A DNA stretch of 64,000 bases from positions 19,005 to 83,004 of the IMG/VR virus record IMGVR_UViG_3300036399_001297; one strand, given 5' to 3'. Below are positions 57,805 through 64,000 of this stretch, one piece after another. Source of the DNA: a virus. The position numbers and the translations under genes are program-made. The notes under the pieces were generated by a model. That model made no database searches. It saw only the letters and a list, made by a program, of their open reading frames with translations, and had not been told where the DNA came from. Within the stretch, counting starts at the first letter, position 1. The number at the start of each line of letters is the position of its first letter.

Positions 57805-59465
57805 CAAACAAATACGAATGGTTAAACAAAGACTCACGAAAATTTCTCGAAAGAGGTTATTTGTTAGAGGGAGAAACAGCAGAACAACGAATCAGAGATA
57901 TCGCAGATGCATCAGAAAAATATTTAAACATAACTGGATTTGCTGATAAATTTGAAGATTATATGTCTAGAGGATTTTTTTCCTTATCAAGCCCAATCTG
58001 GTCAAATTTTGGAAGAAAAAGAGGTCTTCCTATCTCATGTTTCGGTTCTTATGTACCAGATACTATGGAAGGAATCATGGAAAAGGTTTCTGAAACTGCT
58101 GTAATGACAAAACATGGTGGTGGTACTTCTGCATATTTTGGACATCTTCGCGGAAGAGGAACACCAATTTCTTCCGGTGGAGAATCTACCGGATCTGTAC
58201 ATTTCATGGAGTTGTTTGACAAGCTAATGAATGTTGTTTCTCAAGGAAATGTTCGCAGAGGATCATTTGCGGCATATCTCCCAATTGATCATCCAGACAT
58301 TGAAGAGTTTCTAAAAATCAAATCAGAAGGTTGTGAAATTCAAGATCTATCTATTGGCGTTTGTGTTTCTGATGAATGGATGAAGAAAATGGTTGAAGGA
58401 GACAAAGATGCTCGTAAAATTTGGGGTCTTGTTATCAAGAAACGATTTGAATCTGGTTATCCATATATATTCTTCAGTGATAATGCTAACAACCAAGCAC
58501 CACAAATTTATAAAGATAAAGGATTAAAAATTAATAGTTCAAATTTGTGTAGCGAAATATTTTTGAGCAATTCGGAAGATGAATCTTTTGTTTGCGATCT
58601 TTCGTCTTTAAATTTGGAGACTTGGGAAGAATGGAGAGATACTGATGCCGTAGAAACATTGGTTTATTTCTTGGACGCTGTAATGTCTGAATTTATTGAA
58701 AAAACCGAAGGAATAAAGTTTATGGAAGCTCCAAGAAAATTTGCTATGAATCAAAGAGCATTAGGTGTTGGTGTTCTTGGTTGGCATTCTTTATTGCAAT
58801 CCAAGATGATTCCATTCGAATCCATGGAAGCCAAAATGTTAAACAATCAAATTTGGTCTTTCATTAGAAAAAAATCAGATATGGCAACCACTGCATTAGC
58901 TAGTATTTTTGGCTCTGCTCCGATCTATAATAACAATAATAAATTAGAATATTTTAGACGCAATGTTACTACGTTAGCCGTTGCTCCAACAACTTCTAGT
59001 TCTTTTATTCTTGGTCAAGTATCTCCAAGCATAGAACCTCTTAATAGTAATTACTTTGTGAAAGATCTTAGTAAAGGTAAATTTACATTTAAGAATCCTT
59101 ATCTTAAAAAACTTCTAAAGGAAAAAGGAAAAGATGATGATGATACTTGGAAGTCTATTTTGGTAAAAGGTGGAAGTGTTCAGCATTTAGATTTTCTTTC
59201 TGAAAACGAAAGGGAAGTATTTAAAACCTTTGGTGAAATATCTCAAAAAGAAATCATCATCCAAGCCGCACAACGTCAAAAGTATATCGATCAAGGCCAA
59301 AGTTTGAATATTATGATTCCGCCAAATACAAAACCAAAAGATGTAAATGAGCTTATGATTTTTGCATGGGAACAAGGAATCAAATCCCTATATTATCAAC
59401 GCAGCGCAAATCCAGCCCAAGAACTTGCTCGTTCTATTTTGAGTTGTTCTACGTGCGAATCTTGA
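57801..59465 (+). CDS. nrdA: ribonucleotide reductase alpha subunit (short, no ATP cone)
   Basis: LPISCF, GGGTS, SNLCSE, APTTSSS, IDQGQS, KSLYY, C-terminal CSTCES. Confidence 0.95.
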   Translation: MTNKYEWLNKDSRKFLERGYLLEGETAEQRIRDIADASEKYLNITGFADKFEDYMSRGFFSLSSPIWSNFGRKRGLPISCFGSYVPDTMEGIMEKVSETAVMTKHGGGTSAYFGHLRGRGTPISSGGESTGSVHFMELFDKLMNVVSQGNVRRGSFAAYLPIDHPDIEEFLKIKSEGCEIQDLSIGVCVSDEWMKKMVEGDKDARKIWGLVIKKRFESGYPYIFFSDNANNQAPQIYKDKGLKINSSNLCSEIFLSNSEDESFVCDLSSLNLETWEEWRDTDAVETLVYFLDAVMSEFIEKTEGIKFMEAPRKFAMNQRALGVGVLGWHSLLQSKMIPFESMEAKMLNNQIWSFIRKKSDMATTALASIFGSAPIYNNNNKLEYFRRNVTTLAVAPTTSSSFILGQVSPSIEPLNSNYFVKDLSKGKFTFKNPYLKKLLKEKGKDDDDTWKSILVKGGSVQHLDFLSENEREVFKTFGEISQKEIIIQAAQRQKYIDQGQSLNIMIPPNTKPKDVNELMIFAWEQGIKSLYYQRSANPAQELARSILSCSTCES

Positions 59466-59466
59466 T

Positions 59467-59886
59467 ATGAAAATAAAATTATTAGAAACAAACGCTAAAG
59501 TTCCAGTTAGAGCTAATGATTGTGCAGCAGGATATGATTTATATTCTTCGTGTAATGCTTTGATATATCCGCAAGAAAGAATGTTAATTAAAACCGGAAT
59601 ATCTATAGAAATTCCAGAAGGATATTATGGAAGAATAGCACCTAGATCTGGTTGGGCATTAAAATATGGAATAGATACATTAGCTGGTGTTATAGATTCT
59701 GATTATAGAGGAGAAGTCGGAGTTATATTATATAATACAGATAAAGAAATACCATTTCATATCAAAATCGGAGATAGAATAGCTCAGATTATATTTGAAA
59801 AATATTATTCATTCGATATAGAAATTTCGAATGAAATTTCAAAAACTGCTAGAGGCGATGGCGGATTTGGTTCTACCGGAAAATGA
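59467..59886 (+). CDS. dut: trimeric dUTPase
   Basis: AGYDL, PRSG, GVIDSDYRGE, RIAQ, RGDGGFGSTG. Confidence 0.96.
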   Translation: MKIKLLETNAKVPVRANDCAAGYDLYSSCNALIYPQERMLIKTGISIEIPEGYYGRIAPRSGWALKYGIDTLAGVIDSDYRGEVGVILYNTDKEIPFHIKIGDRIAQIIFEKYYSFDIEISNEISKTARGDGGFGSTGK

Positions 59887-59888
59887 TA

Positions 59889-60425
59889 TTAAATTCTAAT
59901 ATCGGCTCTTTCTCTGGTATCTGATGGATTTCTTTTAGCAAATTTTCCACCAGCTGATCTTTCAGGTTTATCTAAAAATCCTGCTTGTCCTAATGCACCT
60001 TTTAATGATGTAACCGAAACTTGACCAGTACCAGAAGTTTTAGCTAATTTTCTAATAACTCCTTTTAGAAATTGCGATGCTTGATCATAATTGGCTAAAC
60101 TGTTTTCTGTAACGTTTCCTACTTTTTTTAGATCATTTATAAAATCATCAATTTGGGCATAAAGTTTTTCAACATGAGATTTTACAACGCTAGAAGATCT
60201 TCCACCTTTAAATCCAGTTGAAATCTCTTTACCGACATCACCAAAACTTTTTGTTTCGGGATCAACAAAACTGTCATATCCTCTTTTAGCTCCTTTAACT
60301 ATACCCGCACCAGTTCCTTTAATCTGGTCCCATAATCCTTCTTCTACTATTTCTGGTGTTTCTTTTGTGTTTTCAAAAATTTGGGAATAAGCTTCTTCCA
60401 TTAAAGAGTGATCATTATATTTCAT
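59889..60425 (-). CDS. hypothetical protein
   Basis: Start at ATG 60425; LMEEAY..IFE..IVEEGLWD. Confidence 0.6.
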   Translation of the reverse strand: MKYNDHSLMEEAYSQIFENTKETPEIVEEGLWDQIKGTGAGIVKGAKRGYDSFVDPETKSFGDVGKEISTGFKGGRSSSVVKSHVEKLYAQIDDFINDLKKVGNVTENSLANYDQASQFLKGVIRKLAKTSGTGQVSVTSLKGALGQAGFLDKPERSAGGKFAKRNPSDTRERADIRI

Positions 60426-60472
60426 ATTATAATAAATACTTATCAAATATAAAATACAAAATAATATTTATA

Positions 60473-60805
60473 TTAAATATTCCAAGAATTTTTACAATAA
60501 AAAATATAATATATTAAATAAAAATATAAAAAAATTAATGTAGCTAATCCGAAAGACCCATTAAAAGCTAAATATCCTATTATTGGGTAATATAATAGGA
60601 TATTAAATTTTAAGCTATGCTTAGGTGAAATTTCTAATATATGTTTTCTGAATTCCGAATAGTCTATTTTTATTAGAATTAAAACCAAAGAAAATAATAA
60701 AAAAGAAAATATAAAATATATCCAAGATATTATTTTTATGAAATTAAAATAAGGTAAAAAATAAATCCAAGTCCAAGATAAAAATAGATGAAACCACCTA
60801 AGCAT
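60473..60805 (-). CDS. hydrophobic membrane protein
   Basis: Several aromatic-rich hydrophobic segments; very AT-rich. Confidence 0.45.
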   Translation of the reverse strand: MLRWFHLFLSWTWIYFLPYFNFIKIISWIYFIFSFLLFSLVLILIKIDYSEFRKHILEISPKHSLKFNILLYYPIIGYLAFNGSFGLATLIFLYFYLIYYIFYCKNSWNI

Positions 60806-60812
60806 TAATTTT

Positions 60813-61868
60813 TTACACTTTTACGGTTTTACCCAAAGTACTAATATTAGCTTTATTATCATTAACCATTACTTGTTCTATGCCGTATTGATCTGATCCC
60901 AAAGATACAATAGAAAATCCGTTTTGCCAGTTAGGAGCAGATCCATAAAGAGGGGATAGATCGCAAGCACATCCGTTTTCCCATGCATATAATTGTTTAT
61001 CTTTTCTATTTCCGATAGCAGGAATTCTTTGTGCCGTCGAACCAAATCGATGGGTATGGTTATGAATCAAAGAAACCATCCATTTATCCATATGTGCTCT
61101 AGCCGAATTTCCTCCATTTTTTCTTACAATATCACCATGAAGAACAATCAATTCCGGTGTCACTTCCACATAATCAACTAATTCTACATACTCTTGATAG
61201 TCACCCAAGAAAATATTTCCATATGATAATGTTTCTTGAATATCTGGCAAGCTAGAAAGTTCTCCGATTCTATCACTCAAATATCTAAACCATCTTCCGG
61301 TAATATCGTTTCCGCTGTGATTTGCATTAGTTTCAAAAATTTTAGCTCCGTTTGAGACACTAATTAATTCTGCTAAAAATTTATGATATTCAATTCTTTC
61401 TTCTGCCAATGAATAATTGTGTCTGATATCTTTAGGGTATCTAGAAATAGCAAACATATCTACCGTATCACCATTCAAAATAATTGTTTTGGGTGATAAT
61501 TCTCTTACCGTTTCTAGGAAAATATCAATGGTTGGTTTATGTTGAACCGGAAAATGTGTGTCGCCAATAATCAAACAATAATCTGAATTGCTCTTGGTCA
61601 ATTTATTATTTTTAGAAACATTACATTTGATAGGAGAAAGATTTTCAAGAAATTCGAAAAATTCTTCTTTTTCTATATTTGTTTGCCTAGATAAATTTTT
61701 ATTTGTATATCCAGATACATTATTTTGTTTTTCTTGTAACGGTTTATGCCTATCATAAAACCAATCTCTTGCGGTGGTTTTACCGATTTTAAGCATTTGA
61801 GCTATTACGTCGAAGGTGAGTCCTTCTTGACGAAGGCGTTTTACGGTTTCAGGGTTTTTGTTTTCCAT
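60813..61868 (-). CDS. calcineurin-like metallophosphoesterase with N-terminal HTH
   Basis: GDTH, NGDTVD, ANH, LHG, HNHTH; N-terminal LTFDVIAQMLKIGKTTARDW; TTGACA-N16-TAATCT at 61907..61880. Confidence 0.85.
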   Translation of the reverse strand: MENKNPETVKRLRQEGLTFDVIAQMLKIGKTTARDWFYDRHKPLQEKQNNVSGYTNKNLSRQTNIEKEEFFEFLENLSPIKCNVSKNNKLTKSNSDYCLIIGDTHFPVQHKPTIDIFLETVRELSPKTIILNGDTVDMFAISRYPKDIRHNYSLAEERIEYHKFLAELISVSNGAKIFETNANHSGNDITGRWFRYLSDRIGELSSLPDIQETLSYGNIFLGDYQEYVELVDYVEVTPELIVLHGDIVRKNGGNSARAHMDKWMVSLIHNHTHRFGSTAQRIPAIGNRKDKQLYAWENGCACDLSPLYGSAPNWQNGFSIVSLGSDQYGIEQVMVNDNKANISTLGKTVKV

Positions 61869-61949
61869 GATTCTTTTTAAGATTAACAGATATAAAAAAT
61901 ATGTCAACTATTTTTAATTGTTTGGACGAGTACTATAATTATTTATACA

Positions 61950-63884
61950 ATGTATATTCTCAACAACCAAGTTTCATCCGTTCCAATAAATTCAAATGTT
62001 GGATATAATAATTCTTGGATAAAGGTTTCAAATGATGCCGGAAGAGAAATGTTTGCCCAAGCAAATTATATAACAAATTTTGATGATTTGAGTATTTCGT
62101 TATCAGCATCGGATGTTAATATAGGAAACGTTCATATCGCAGATCCTGTCACAGGGTTACACGCAGATGTTGTTTCGGTGGGAATCGGTTCGGGTGCTTT
62201 ACGAGTTATTAGTCAAGACCTAGAATCAACTGAAGACGATGTTACTATAGGTGACAGATTGGGAAATTTTGCTGCCATCCACTCAACATTAAGCGCACTT
62301 AAAGTTTATAATACAAATCCTATATCTTCTGTAGATATAACAAATATTGTATCAATAAAAGCATCTACTACCCTTCCAATATCTGGATCTGTAACAATTT
62401 TAAATCCAATAACATCTTTTAATGTTTTAAATTTTCCAGCACAATTAAGTTCTGTTAGTATTACTAATCAGTTAACCGGAATAACTGTTTTAAATCCGGT
62501 TACAGCTGTTAGTATTACTAATCAGTTAACCGGAATAATTGTTTTAAATCCGGTTACGGCTGTTAGTATTACTAATCAGTTAACCGGAATAACTGTTTTA
62601 AATCCGGTTACAGCTGTTAGTATTACTAATCAGTTAACCGGAATAACTGTTTTAAATCCCGTTACTCAAATTACTACATCCCAAGAACCAACTCAACTTG
62701 ATGCATTTGGTAGGTTAAGAGTGTCTTCCCCTATGACTTTGTTTGATTCTTCACATCGTTACAGGGATAATAATTTATGGTCTACACTATCCGCAAATGG
62801 AGGTTCGGTTTCATTCAATCCATCACAGGGATTGATGGAATTAAATGTTACCAATACGGCAGGAGCAAGCGCAATAAGAGAAACAACAAAGGTATTTTCC
62901 TATCAGCCCGGTAAATCTTTGCTTGTTATGAATACATTTGTCATGGCTTCTTCTGCTACCAATTTAAGACAGAGGGTAGGATATTTTGGAGATCAGAATG
63001 GAATATATTTTCAGTTAGATGATGGCAATATTAGTTTTGTTGAAAGATCCCTTGTCACTGGTTCAGTTACAGAGACTGTAGTTTCTCGATCTAATTGGAA
63101 TGGAGATAAGCTAGATGGAACTGGTTCTTCTGGTATAGTTTTAAATATAACCAAAGCTCAAATTCTTTGGATGGATATCGAATGGCTTGGTTTGGGTACG
63201 GTTAGAGTTGGCTTTGTTATAAACGGACAGTTTATTGTTTGCCACTCATTCCATCATGCTAATATTATAGATTCAACTTATATTACTACAGCTTCTTTAC
63301 CTTTAAGATATGAAATAACAAATAAAGCAGCAACAGGTGGATCTAAAACACTAAAACAAGTATGTTCTACTGTAATTTCAGAAGGTGGTTATGAATTAAG
63401 AGGCTTACAACAAGCAGTATCTATTCCAATAACTGCACCAAGAACGTTTGCAGTAGCTGGTACGTTTTATCCAATTATTTCAATTCGATTAAAAACAACT
63501 CCAGACAGACTCGATGCAATTATTATTTTAACGGCTTTATCAATTCTTGGGGGTGGAAATGGCATAAACTATAACTGGCAGGTTAAAGCAAGCGGAGTCA
63601 CAACAGGGGGAAGTTGGGTTGATGCTGGAGTTGATAGTGCCGTTCAATACAACATTACAGGAACAAGCTATGCGGGGGGAAGAATTTTAGCAAGTGGGTT
63701 TTTAAATGCTTCGAATCAAGGTTCTCCGAATTTAGATATTCTTAAAGAAGCTTTGTTTAAGTTTCAATTAGAACGAAACAATTTAACAAAAACTCCCTTT
63801 GAATTAACTTTGGTTGCTGCATCAGATACCACTAATGGATCTGGTATGTTTGCTTCTATGGATTGGGAAGAAGTTAGTCGTTGA
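61950..63884 (+). CDS. putative virion structural protein with internal 18-aa repeats
   Basis: Ser/Thr/Val-rich; C-domain DAFGRLRVS..YQPGK..WLGLG..R.GF..ASLPLRYE recognisable from T4-like structural proteins. Confidence 0.7.
   Translation: MYILNNQVSSVPINSNVGYNNSWIKVSNDAGREMFAQANYITNFDDLSISLSASDVNIGNVHIADPVTGLHADVVSVGIGSGALRVISQDLESTEDDVTIGDRLGNFAAIHSTLSALKVYNTNPISSVDITNIVSIKASTTLPISGSVTILNPITSFNVLNFPAQLSSVSITNQLTGITVLNPVTAVSITNQLTGIIVLNPVTAVSITNQLTGITVLNPVTAVSITNQLTGITVLNPVTQITTSQEPTQLDAFGRLRVSSPMTLFDSSHRYRDNNLWSTLSANGGSVSFNPSQGLMELNVTNTAGASAIRETTKVFSYQPGKSLLVMNTFVMASSATNLRQRVGYFGDQNGIYFQLDDGNISFVERSLVTGSVTETVVSRSNWNGDKLDGTGSSGIVLNITKAQILWMDIEWLGLGTVRVGFVINGQFIVCHSFHHANIIDSTYITTASLPLRYEITNKAATGGSKTLKQVCSTVISEGGYELRGLQQAVSIPITAPRTFAVAGTFYPIISIRLKTTPDRLDAIIILTALSILGGGNGINYNWQVKASGVTTGGSWVDAGVDSAVQYNITGTSYAGGRILASGFLNASNQGSPNLDILKEALFKFQLERNNLTKTPFELTLVAASDTTNGSGMFASMDWEEVSR
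62452..62665 (+). repeat. 54-nt coding tandem repeat x4 (VSITNQLTGITVLNPVTA)
   Basis: Near-identical units starting ctgttagtattactaatcagttaaccggaata at 54-nt period. Confidence 0.9.
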
Positions 63885-63909
63885 TATATTAAAAAACTAA
63901 ATATAATAT

Positions 63910-64000
63910 ATGTTTAAATTTATTGTAGGATTTGCTGCTTTAGTTGTTGCTGGATGTGCTGCCTTTTTTTCGGTACAGGGTTTGGCTACATTATATGCTG
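63910..64000 (+). CDS. 5' part of a membrane-anchored protein (partial)
   Basis: MFKFIVGFAALVVAGCAAFFSVQGLATLYA runs off the window; TAAATA 6 nt upstream. Confidence 0.65.
   Translation, partial: MFKFIVGFAALVVAGCAAFFSVQGLATLYA

Noticed and set aside
2315-61181. Numerous 60-120 aa ORFs nested in or antisense to long genes
   Set aside because: They overlap well-supported genes, are Phe/Ile/Ser-biased as expected of shadow frames, and lack motifs
54070-61931. TTGGACGAGT shared by two intergenic regions (54070 and 61922)
   Set aside because: Only two copies of a 10-mer, in different orientation relative to the nearest downstream gene; compatible with chance
62452-62665. Possible CRISPR array
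   Set aside because: Contiguous in-frame repeats with no unique spacers, inside a long ORF

Overview
AT-rich window of a large T4-like (myovirus-type) phage genome, standard genetic code. It carries: (1) a glycosyltransferase/methyltransferase cluster interrupted by a minus-strand cassette that includes a Thr/Pro-rich, Cys-rich repeat protein; (2) a T4-type replication/recombination module (gp46, DNA polymerase B, UvsX/RecA, gp41 helicase, DHH phosphoesterase, gp32 SSB, gp45 clamp); (3) a minus-strand tail/baseplate/terminase module; (4) PhoH, neck protein, exonuclease, AAA ATPase, a class Id-type ribonucleotide reductase, dUTPase and a metallophosphoesterase. The strongest signal is two fractured genes that must be rebuilt by protein trans-splicing. 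UvsX is split by a 95/46-aa intein around an EDxHD/Vsr-like endonuclease. The large terminase carries both a contiguous class 3 (Ala1, WCT) LAGLIDADG intein at Walker A and an atypically split 45/114-aa, Gln-terminated intein at Walker B around a GIY-YIG endonuclease. Also seen: a TAA(A/G)TA motif 5-7 nt before many start codons with no obvious Shine-Dalgarno (possible leaderless late transcription), and scattered small genes sharing an N-terminal (I/L)xE head-targeting-like peptide. All family calls come from motif recognition by eye; no database searches were run. No tRNA, rRNA or CRISPR array was recognised.
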